Assembly: GCF_009914755.1 (NCBI RefSeq)
Contig: NC_060929.1
Direction: 5' to 3' (one strand)
DNA length: 64,000 nt
Origin: the human T2T-CHM13v2.0 reference genome, Homo sapiens
In this document: positions 38,004-64,000 of the stretch, one piece after another
Position numbering within the stretch: the first letter of the stretch is position 1
Layout of the letters: the number at the start of each line of letters is the position of its first letter
Translations under genes and position numbers: made by a program
Notes under the pieces: generated by a model
What the model saw: the letters and a program-made list of their open reading frames with translations, nothing else
The model's database searches: none
Told to the model about the DNA's origin: nothing

Positions 38004-38251
38004 TAACTCAAAACCCACCTCTTGACAATCATAAGGCCTGATCATAAGGCATTGTTTTAGGGTGTTTGCTTGGTGTCCTCTCTTTCAAGGCAGAAGATTG
38101 AAATTTTCTGTAGAGAATGGAAAATGGGGAACTTCATAAGCCACACCTTCCTTGTTTCAGAAGCCCTGAAGGAGAAATGATCAGAACTCTGCTAGGATTG
38201 GTTTTTAGGCTCAGTTCAGAACCCAAATTTAATGTCTCTCCTCTTAAGCAG

Positions 38252-38341
38252 GAAATCACCTTTCCAAACCCAATGGGACTTCCCAGCTGGAACGAGAACT
38301 GAGTCTGATGCAAAAAGAACCGCCTGAGGGTGGCTTTCGAG
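38252..38341 (+). other. ZFP2: ZFP2 KRAB-B exon, open frame: (G)NHLSKPNGTSQLERELSLMQKEPPEGGFR
   Basis: Acceptor ctctcctcttaagcag; donor GAG|GTAAGT at 38342; 90 nt, phase 1-1; KRAB-B-like SKP..SQLE motif. Confidence 0.85.
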
Positions 38342-38924
38342 GTAAGTGCCAGGCTGTGCAGACTTGTTAAATGAGTGTGTCTTTGGGGAAAATCACTTCA
38401 GAGATTGTTGGGTCTCTGGAGAGACTAGGGCCACTGGATGTGTGTTCTCAGATGACACCTCCGCATTACTGATGGGCCTCTTTTCTCTAGGGCTCACTTA
38501 TGTCATCTTGCAGGGAGGTGGTGGATTATGAGGAGTAAATGAGTTTTTACATTTATGGCACTTACCCACTGCGTGGAACATACTGAGCATTTGGTAAATG
38601 TTAGCAACCACTATGTCCTCTTCTGTCTTCCTCTGCATTCTGAATTGAAACCCTGTCTTTACGCATCTTCTCTGGGCTTTTACTGTCTTTCATGAGTGTT
38701 TCCTCTCAACCATAACGTATATCCATAGCTTCCTTTCTGTCATTCATGTAAATATTTGTAAGCTTTTTCTCCTTCAAAGGAAACTAACATTTCTCTTCCT
38801 CTGCATTGTGTGAGAGAGTTTTAGACAGTCTTCATTTAAAAACATGAAAAATGATGTTAGCCTTGTTTTCATTTCTAGCAGCCTTACATTGTGTATATTT
38901 TCTTTCTCATTCCCAAAATTCTAA

Positions 38925-41093
<2,169 letters not shown>

Positions 41094-41832
41094 CTAATAT
41101 GTAGGCTCACCGAATTGTCATTGAACATGTTTTTCTTTACATTCCCTGACTACGACATTGCTTGCTGGAGTAAGTACTTAAATATTTGTTGAGTGAATAT
41201 TTAATGACATCAATTAGAATTTTCATAAATCTGGTGAAAATATAAATTTGAATTTATGAAATTCATATCAATACAGATTGGATAATTATTGGGATGAATG
41301 AATGAATGGGCAGGGCAAAACAGCAAAGGTGGGACCCTCAGGACAATAACATAGTGAGGGGGCCAAGGATGCTCTGGTGAAGGTGAGTGGTCCAAGGAGG
41401 AGGAGAGGGCCCAGCAGAGAACATGGTCGAAGGGAGAGAGGAGAGTCAAGGTAGAGTATGACAGTGCCAAGTAGGGAATGAAAATGCCTGTTGCATTTGG
41501 TGATGAGGGAGTGGCCTGGGACCCAGGGAAGAGCCCATTTAGTGCTGAGAGAAATACGCTGTGGGCAGAAAAGTGAAGAGGAAGCAAGCAAGTGAAGACT
41601 TTTAAGTACAGACTGTCGTTTCAACAAGGTCAGCTTCTAAGGAAAAGGAAGAAAGAGTAAGAACTCAGAAGAAGCCTGTGGTTTGTTTTTTAACAAGGAA
41701 AAGACTTGAGTGTATCTGAAAGAGCAGAGAGGTGTCCATTGCAGTGGGAGAAACTAAAGATAGGCGAAAGTTGAATGGAAAGGAGCCCATAGAACATGAT
41801 GATTTGCAAACTCCAGATCTTGTTCTTTCCAG

Positions 41833-41979
41833 ATTTTCTTGGATATTGCTGTCAGATTAATCTGACATTTAGTCCTCTCATTATCCTGTCCCAGTCAAGG
41901 GGAGAAAAGTATTGACTGAGTGCTGTGCTCAGCTCTTCCACAGCCAGCATCTCACTTACTTGACACAAAACATCTATAG
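41833..41979 (+). other. ZFP2: Putative ZFP2 cassette exon, partly MIR-derived, with TGA (41913-41915) in the KRAB frame
   Basis: Acceptor tgttctttccag; donor TAG|GTAAGT at 41980. The 3' half and flank (~41908-42050) resemble antisense MIR. Confidence 0.65.
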
Positions 41980-42601
41980 GTAAGTACTGGTACTCCTCTT
42001 ACGGTGGAAGACATTGGCTCTGAAAGGTGAAATAACATGTCAGAATCTGAACACATATCTTTTGTTTTGTTGGTTTTTTACTTTGAGTTTAATGGTAATT
42101 CTCGCTTTCTTCCCTTGCCCTGCTGTGTTGTTATTTCCTAGTATATTTAGTAAAACTAGAAACTTCTGTATCCTGGCCTAATTTTCTTTTCAGCATCATT
42201 TCTTTTCTCTGTACTAAAGCTTTGTACAGTTGAAAGCATTGTTAGATTTTTGCTCCTGTTTTACAAAAGATGAATAGAAACTGCAAATCCAGAAGTGCTG
42301 TCCCTGGTGCCAGTATTTTCATTGTAAACTGACTAATTTTGAGAAAAGATAGAAATTTTTAGTAATGTGGAAAGCAGTGTCTTTTAGCCTCTCATCAATA
42401 GCAATTAGATTTAAATCATTTAATCATATTCAGTTATGAAGGAGATAAAAATTAAGAACATGAATAAAGTACTATCAAAGATTATGTGTAAAAATACAGT
42501 TGGGGATTCTATAATCTTTTTAGCTCTCCAGGAAGCCACCCTAACCATCCCTAAACATAGGAGCCTGCTGTCTGTGTTTCACACATGATTTTTAAAAATG
42601 T

Positions 42602-47200
<4,599 letters not shown>

Positions 47201-47289
47201 TTAATTTGATCTTTGTCTAACTTCTTAAGGTGGAAACATAGGTCACAGATTATGGGCCATTCTTATTTACTGTAAAAACATTTAAAGCT

Positions 47290-48192
47290 CCTTCCGCAGG
47301 CAGGAGAGTCAGCTAGCCACCCAAGAAAACATCATGAAAGATACCGATATCAAGAGACTACTGTATACCCATCTTTTATGCATATTTTCAATTATCCTAA
47401 GTGTCTTCATTCCATCACTCTTCTTGGAGAACTCCTCAATATTGGAAACACACTTGACATGGTTGTGCGTCTGTTCTGGTTTTGTAACTGCTGTCAGTCT
47501 AGTACTATATTTAGTAGTGAAACCAAATACATCCTCTAAAATAAGTTCATTATCATACAAGGTAACCAGATTTTTGAAATGCTGTATCTACTTTCTTATG
47601 TCTTGTTTCTCCTTTCATGTAATTTTTGTTCTATATGGAGCACCACTAATAGAGTTGGCATTGGAAACATTTTTATTTGCAGTTATTTTGTCTACTTTTA
47701 CTATTGTGCCTTACTTATGTTTGTTAGGACCAAACCTCAAAGCATGGCTAAGAGTTTTCAGTAGAAATGGAGTTACATCCATATGGGAGAATAGTCTCCA
47801 GATCACTGCAATGTCTAGTTTTGTAGGAGCATGGCTTGGAGCACGTCCTATTCCTTGACAGGGCAAGAGCATGGCAGGTATGGCCCATCTCCTGTACGCT
47901 TGGAGCGACCTTTGTCCACGTGGCTGGCCTTGTTATTTCACCACTCTGGATATACTGGAATAGAAAGCAACTTACATACAAGAACAATTAACTGGAGCAA
48001 AGGGAGATATTTCTTTGTGCAGATTCTGTAAGGGCTGTGCAGAAATGTGTGTGGTCAAAGCCAAGCAGTTCCATTTACAGCACTGTTTTTTATGTAGTTA
48101 CAACATGATGTGATTGTAGCTTTTTAAACTATGAAACCCCTGAGAGATTGTACCTTCTAGTTGAAATAAAGTATTTATAATAGAAAAAAAAA
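47290..48192 (+). pseudogene. PIGFP1: Processed pseudogene of PIGF (GPI biosynthesis class F)
   Basis: MKDTDIKRLLYTHLLCIFSIILSVFIPSLF... from ATG 47334. Frameshift near 47855 gives a stop at 47858; parental stop TAA at 47989-47991; AATAAA 48165-48170; A-tail; TSD aaaaacatttaaagct / aaaaatattgaaagct. Symbol from recalled 5q35 location. Confidence 0.92.
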
Positions 48193-49366
48193 TATTGAAA
48201 GCTATATAATTTCCTCTAAGCATTGCTTTGGTTGTAACACATAAAATATTATCTCATTCCATTGTGATTTCCTCTTTGACCTCTCAGAATTTACAAATTC
48301 ACTGCTTAATTTTCAAACATGAGGATTTCCCAGATAGTTGAAATGTAATTCTTTAGGTGTCTTTTTTTAATTGTAATGTTTTGTGTTTGTGTGTATATGT
48401 GTACAATATACGTAACATAAAATTTGCCATTTTAGCCATTTTTAGTGTATAATTTGGAGGCATTTAAATACATTCACATTGTTGTGGAACCAGCACCGCC
48501 ATCCGTCTCCAGAACTTTTTCATCTTTCCTAATGAAAACTCTATATCCTTTAAGCAATAGCATCCCATTCCCCGCTTCCGCCAGCCCCTGGTAACCTCCG
48601 CTTTCTGCCTCTATGAATTTGACTACTCTAGATACCTCATATGAGTTGAATCATGCAATATTTGTCTTTTCGTGACTGGCTTATTTCACTTAGCATAATA
48701 TCTTCGAGGTTCATCCTTGAAGTGGATTCAGCATGTCACTGCCAGTCTTTTTATACCCAAACTAACTTCCCCATTCATGTTTATTTTTTATTCAAATTGA
48801 ATATTTAAATAATAGCAGAAATGGTTTAGGAGTACTGTTATTACTGAATCTTCATATTTAAGACTGTGTTTTGCCTTTCTCTGCACATGTGTGGAGTGCT
48901 GACCATGTGGAGTTCTTGAGTCACATCAGTTCTTGCAGGCATGGCCCCATTGTCTTTCGGCATCCTGTGTTCCTGAGAAAATCTCTTCTGCCAGTTTTTT
49001 AAAAATTTGTAGGTAATCTTTTTTTTTTTTTCTTTCGTAAGCATCAACTCCTCAGAACTAACTTTTAAGTCTAAATTCCATGAAGGTATACTGAATCCTA
49101 CTATTAAGTTTTCTGTAGTACAAAAATATGTTTGAACTTAAAATGATTAATATTTTCCAGAATAGCAAATACTTTGTTCTTTTTGTAATTTGATTTTTGA
49201 AATACATACACAGAAGAATGTGTAAAATCTGACTGTTCAACAAAAACCTACATACTCTTCTAAGCCCTTTATTAACTAACTTTTGTTCTTATATCAGCAC
49301 TATAAGATAGGTACCATTTAACAAATTTGGACAATAGAGCACAGAGAGGTTAAGAAACCTACGCAA

Positions 49367-52082
<2,716 letters not shown>

Positions 52083-52625
52083 ACCTGCTGGTATTTTCAT
52101 ACTCAGTTTGACAGTTCCTCTGTTTGGGGTTACTTGGTTGTATGTGTTTTGGAAGTGGAGCCTGGTTGTCTTTCCACTTTTTCTCTCTTTTCACTTAAGC
52201 AGATCAGGTTGGAAGAAAGAGGCCTGGTTAATGCTTATTTCTTGCTTCACAGGAAAGCCTGTGCCCATAGGCCTTGGTTTGTTTGTTCAGTGTTGATCTC
52301 TCTCTGTTGACTTCGATCAGCAATCGGAAAGCTGATTCTCAGGTTGCAGTGCCAGTCCTCTACCCCTTATTTTGTCTGGGATAAGAAATAGGATCTAAGA
52401 AAATTCAAGTCTGAGTAGCTACAAGGTCCTTTTCCAGCCTCCTCTCAAACAGTTTAGCAGATCCCCTGGCCTGTCCCTACCACCAGTTCTCATCTTTAAG
52501 GAATGCGTATTTAGGAAATGGTAGTATCCCTTAGGACTGTCTTACCCCTGTGAATAAATTACAGCCTGCTTAAAGTTTAAGGGGAAGAAACCTCTAGATT
52601 GTGTCATCCTCCTTTAAGAGTTTAA

Positions 52626-55890
<3,265 letters not shown>

Positions 55891-56420
55891 TGACCATATT
55901 TCTTAATCCTCATTTTATATCTGTGACCCTCAGAGCCAGTGAGACAAGTAACTAGTTAAGATGGTGTTAAGAGCCACGGTTTGAATCCAAGTTTGTCTGA
56001 CTTTGAGTCAGCAATCTTTACATTGTGTCACACTGTGACATTTTAGGAAGATTAATTTGGTGTAGGATTCTAGGTGGCCTCGTAGGAGGAAAGAAACTTC
56101 TGGCAGGAATACCAGGTACAGTGTGCAGGGTTTCCTGATCTGCCTTTCCCAATCCCAGCTCTTCTGCATGTGTTTCCTTAGTTCCATCTTCATTATGTAG
56201 CCTACTCCAGTGGTCAGTGCCTTCACTGTCCATCCCTCCTGAATGGGCTCACTCTTTTCTCTGCTTATGCAGTACATCTGCCATCCCCTGCTTTCAGTTC
56301 CCCTGTTATCTTTGGATCAGTTCACTGTTGTTTCTCTCCCTTCCTATTTCTCTACCTAATTTTGGGTACATGTTTGAAAGCTCTCAAATGTGCTCAGCAG
56401 TTATTTTAGTTGATAGCTAG

Positions 56421-57968
<1,548 letters not shown>

Positions 57969-58044
57969 GGAATGTTTTCACTGGCCCTTACCTCATGATT
58001 AACTCTTCAGTAATAATCATATGAGACATACAATGTAGAAACCT

Positions 58045-58050
58045 AATAAA
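58045..58050 (+). promoter_or_regulatory. Candidate poly(A) signal AATAAA for ZFP2
   Basis: Lies ~77 nt after the stop; usage unknown. Confidence 0.35.
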
Positions 58051-58665
58051 TGTAATGATTGTGGGAATCTTTCAGTTGAAGTACAATATGTCATATCAGA
58101 TAATACCACTGCAGAGAATCCATCTAAAAGTAGAGAAATCTTGATTCAGAATGTATAATTTCCTTTATATCAGAAGGTTTAAATAGCTAATATAAACAAT
58201 GAAGAGTCATGCTGAAGATAAGTTCTGTTATATCATACCGCACATTCTCCTTTGGCTATCAGAGACTTTACACTGGAGAGAAAAATGTGAGAGTGTTTAA
58301 CTGGACAGCCCAGAGACCTGGTATGTAGTCCTAATCTGCCACTGCCTTGGACAACTTGCCTACTTCCACCAGGTTATGGTTCTTTATTTGGTAAATGAAT
58401 GATTTTGGAGTTAGAAATCTTGTAGGAGCTCTGTTAGCTCTAAAATGCTACAACTCTATAAATATAATGAATGCTGGGAAATCTTTGTTCTTTTACGATC
58501 TTATGCTGTCTGTATGCAGTCTAGATGCTCTTGTTCCACAATCTGGTTTCCTTGGATCCTTTTAGTCAAAATGATTTACCTTTACGAATTCCTAGTACCC
58601 TTCCATGCCCCTAATCTTCCCCTGCATTGTTATTTTGTCCCCTAACTACAGGCTGGTTTCCATAA

Positions 58666-60524
<1,859 letters not shown>

Positions 60525-60699
60525 CTATCAGTTTAAGACAGATGGCTTAACACCTCTGTTTGAGTGGGTTGAAGAGTGAGTTAAATGTTCAGAAGAACTT
60601 AGCAGCCTTACTGAGGTGGGAGAAACTCAGAAAGGTAACTATAGAGGGAGGCTGGGGCTTGGAGCGTACCAGAAGAGCTGTGGGCTGCACGCAATGGAA

Positions 60700-61120
60700 A
60701 GCCCAGTCCGTGATGGTGTAAGAAAGTAGAGATTTAGTTTTCTCACATAACAAATCTGGAAGTGGCTGTCACTTCTTCACAGATAAAACAATTCAGTGTC
60801 TTGAGTTTAATGTGGTTTCCATCATGGTTACATCATGATGGCCATAGTATCAAGTAATGTATCTGCATTCAAGGCAGGAGGGAAGGGGGAGGAGAGCACC
60901 AGCAACATTTAGTGCCTTCGATCAGGAGAGTTTTTCCCAGAAGCCACTCAGCAGACTCCTGCTTATATCTCATTGACCACAGCTGTGTTGCATGGCCACC
61001 CCCTAGCACAAGGAAGGCTGTGGAAAGAAGTATTTAACCCTTCCAGCCTCTATAGAGGAGGCAGGCACAAAAAAAGGGGGGTTGAGAATGGTGTTGATTT
61101 AGCCAGCCAACAATCTGCCA
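60700..61120. mobile_element. MLT1J/K-like MaLR LTR relic
   Basis: ttttcccagaagccactcagcagactcctgcttatatctcattgaccacagctgtgttgcatggccacccc motif. Confidence 0.55.
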
Positions 61121-61948
61121 GGAAGTGTTTGTATGATTTAAGGTAGGATTGAGCAAGTTCATAACTGAAAAAAGAGGTGTGGAAGAGTGAAGGTCCAGAA
61201 AGGAGGGGACACGCAGCTCAAAGTGGGAAGATCTGGAACACAGGTGGAGGCTGCAGGGATCACTTTCAACAGGAGGAAGGAAACTTTTCCCTGGGAGAGA
61301 TGTGACGCCACAAATGATGGGTACAGAAGACATTCGTGGGTGGCAACGGAGGAAGTTCCTGTGAACTCTTAACTGTTTGAACCTTCAGCATCCAGTCTTC
61401 CAGTCTCTCTTGGCTAGGTGACCTCTCAAGGTTAATATTTTACCAGTTTTGAGTCATTGCATCCATCCTAGGCTTCAAAACCCTTCATTTTTCCCTTTCT
61501 CTCTTGTCCTGTGCCTGCCTTCTGAGCGTTTATTTTGCTGCTGTCATTATCATTTCCATCTATTTTCTACCCATTTCTTTTGTCTGCCTCCTTTCTTCCC
61601 CTCTAGCTCTCTCTCTTGAGATCATGTGGGGAACAAGAAAAAAAATATCTGAAGAGGAAGGAGGAGACCCTGTAGAAGAGAGAGATTATTAAAAATCTAA
61701 GTTCCTGAGGATACAGCTAATTTGATGTTTTATTCCCCCTTCTTTCTGTTTTAACTCCAATGGTTTGTATTTGAGTATAGGCAAGGAGACCCAGGATCTG
61801 CATGCTGAGTTGAGAAGTGTATGTGTGTGGAAGGAGGCGAGGGCAGAAGAGTGGAGAATCTCAGTGTCAATGATTTGCCCCATCCTCCTCCAGCCTCCAA
61901 ACTTGGAATGAAGGGAAGGGTGCTCTTTATTTGTGAAACAATAAAGAA

Positions 61949-62492
61949 ACCAATTGGGTTTCTTTTGTGGAATTTCAGAATTAGGACAGAGGCACTTGGG
62001 TGTTAGAAGATCAAAGTACTAGATATGAGAGCTGATGCTGACATCTTGGGTCATGTGCAAATTTAATTGTAAGCAAAGGAATCCAACTGGGAGGAGTACT
62101 GGGAGTATAAGGGTCTGGGAGAGAGGGCCCTTCATTTCAGTGTCCGTTCTCAGGCAGAACTGAAGTTTCAGTAATATATGAGGATTTTTTGGTAACTTAA
62201 AGTACAGTACAGCCAGGCCTTGTGGCACCTGGGAATCACCAGCAGCCAAGGACGTGTGCATGCTCTCTCCCTCTGTCTTCGTCCCCCACCCCTCGCCACT
62301 GCTACCACCACCACATGGGCTCTGTTACTGCTTTGTCCATCCCCTCACTGGTGGTTGGATTCCTTTGTTTACGATTAAATTTGCACATGACCCAAGATGT
62401 CAGTATCAGCTCTCCTATCTAGTGAACTTTCATCTTCTAACATCCAAGTGTCTGTCCTAATTCTAAAATTCCACGAAAGAAAACCATTTGGT
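61949..62492. repeat. Long inverted repeat: arms 61949-62087 and 62354-62492, 266-bp spacer
   Basis: Hand alignment of 139-bp arms: 10 substitutions and two 2-bp indels (~90% identity). Confidence 0.92.
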
Positions 62493-64000
62493 CCAGATCA
62501 TCCTTTTAAGACAAGCCTCACAAGTCACCTTTTCTGGCTAAGTACCCATCCAGTCAGCTGGTGGGAGGAGGCCCGCCATGTGATCGCTGTCCATGCAGTC
62601 GGGCCGGTGTGCAGCAAACTGACAGATACGACCAATATGTCATGAGATAGTTACTGAGCACCTACTCAGTAGTTGCTAGTGATTTAGAGCTCAGAAGGAG
62701 CTCAAGGTAGGGAAGTCTGAAATAAACCAGGAGTTAGGATGCACTAGGGTAACTCTGAAGGTAGCAAGAAACACAGCGCCCTCTGGAACTATAGAGAATT
62801 GGGTGACCAGGGTATTTCCTCTATGGCTGGATCATCATTCAAAAGACTCAAATAGGGCCATTCCCTCCACTTGAGCTCTGTGAAATGGGCCTCTGGGCAT
62901 TTAAAGAGGTTACCAGTCAGGGTTCTTTAACGAATAAAAGTGGAGCTGCAGAATATGGTGCCAGTACCCCTCTCCTAGATACTGCATAGCTTCCAACTGC
63001 CTCTGGCTCCTGAAAAATATCACAACAGATCTGGAGGAGAAGGGTCTCTGAAAAATTTATGAATGCTTATAACTTAATTGAGGTAGGTTATTTCCCTGCC
63101 TATATACACATTGGCATGATCTGATGGTCTGTGGTCAAGAGACTCATAAGTAATTGGCCTGTGCTGCATGTTATTGTGACAAGGATGAGTAAGACCTTGT
63201 TCCTACTCATAGTGTAGTTCATTCAAGCAACTAACATTTATTGAGCTCCTAGCATAAGTCAGCTTCTATGAATTCCAGGGTAAATGACGCCTGCTCTCTG
63301 CTGTCAAGTAGCTCCTAGCACACAGTGCCATAAGAGTGAACTAGTTGGGTGAACAGAAGACGGGAGGAAATGAGAAGGTGCAGGGAAGAATAGGAGTAAT
63401 GGCAAGAGAGGCTAAGAGAGCATAGTGTATATTCAGGAAATTCTAAGAGATGTATGATTTAAGCATAGAGTAGAAGTCAAGAAGCAGGAAGAAATGAGGC
63501 TAAAGGAAGACCTTATTATATCACGCTTCAAGGGTCCCAACAGGGCTCAGCAAATGGACACCAGGAATTACTGGCACGTAGCCACTGTCCTGGGGAAGCG
63601 TAAGCAGACTGGTGATGGAGGTCTTGGTCAAATGTAAGTGTTCATTTGCATATCCATAGTTAATAGAGCAGAAGGGAAAGGGGTTCTCCAGACCACGTTT
63701 TAACCTCCTTTCTCCGAGGAGACTGGTTCCTGATGAGAATCCTTGACAGAAGCGGGGGCTTCCTCAGTGAATACTCAGAACAATATAGTGTGTGAGTCCT
63801 GGCTAAAGTCAAAGGGTGTGTCAGGCTTCATATCAGAGGTTTCACTGCTTCTCTTCAGCTTGAATAGTTTTGTTTTTTAGTTGGCTGTGGAAGGGCACCT
63901 GTTAGGTACTCCTAACAGACTACAGCATCACCAGGACAAATGGGTCAGATAAATGAAGGTTTTATTACTGTTTTCAGTTCTGGAAGACTTGGGCCTTTGT

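Noticed and set aside
47298-47334. In-frame KRAB-PIGF fusion via splicing from KRAB-B
   Set aside because: The best acceptor (AG 47298-47299) is out of frame with the PIGF ATG. Only a weak AG at 47315-47316, lacking a pyrimidine tract, would be in frame.

Overview
Primate DNA, almost certainly human: it is Alu-rich and I recognise it as the chr5q35.3 KRAB zinc-finger cluster. The window holds the last coding exon of ZNF354B (+, 13 C2H2 fingers), a retroposed U1 snRNA copy just downstream, and the whole ZFP2 gene (+) from a CpG-island promoter (~21 kb) to its zinc-finger exon (56.5-58 kb). ZFP2 introns contain processed pseudogenes of DCUN1D3 (-, with a nested solo LTR and Alu) and PIGF (+), a 47-bp VNTR and a complete MaLR element. 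Main finding: ZFP2 is known to me as a KRAB-less 461-aa protein, yet the sequence has an ATG exon, a KRAB-A exon and a KRAB-B exon with canonical splice sites. These join in frame, with no stop, to the finger exon and predict a 571-aa KRAB-ZFP. A MIR-derived cassette exon carrying an in-frame stop lies between KRAB-B and the fingers and could act as a KRAB on/off switch. Second finding: a 139-bp-arm inverted duplication ~4 kb downstream of ZFP2 that I cannot assign to a repeat family. Repeat family names and boundaries are by eye and approximate.
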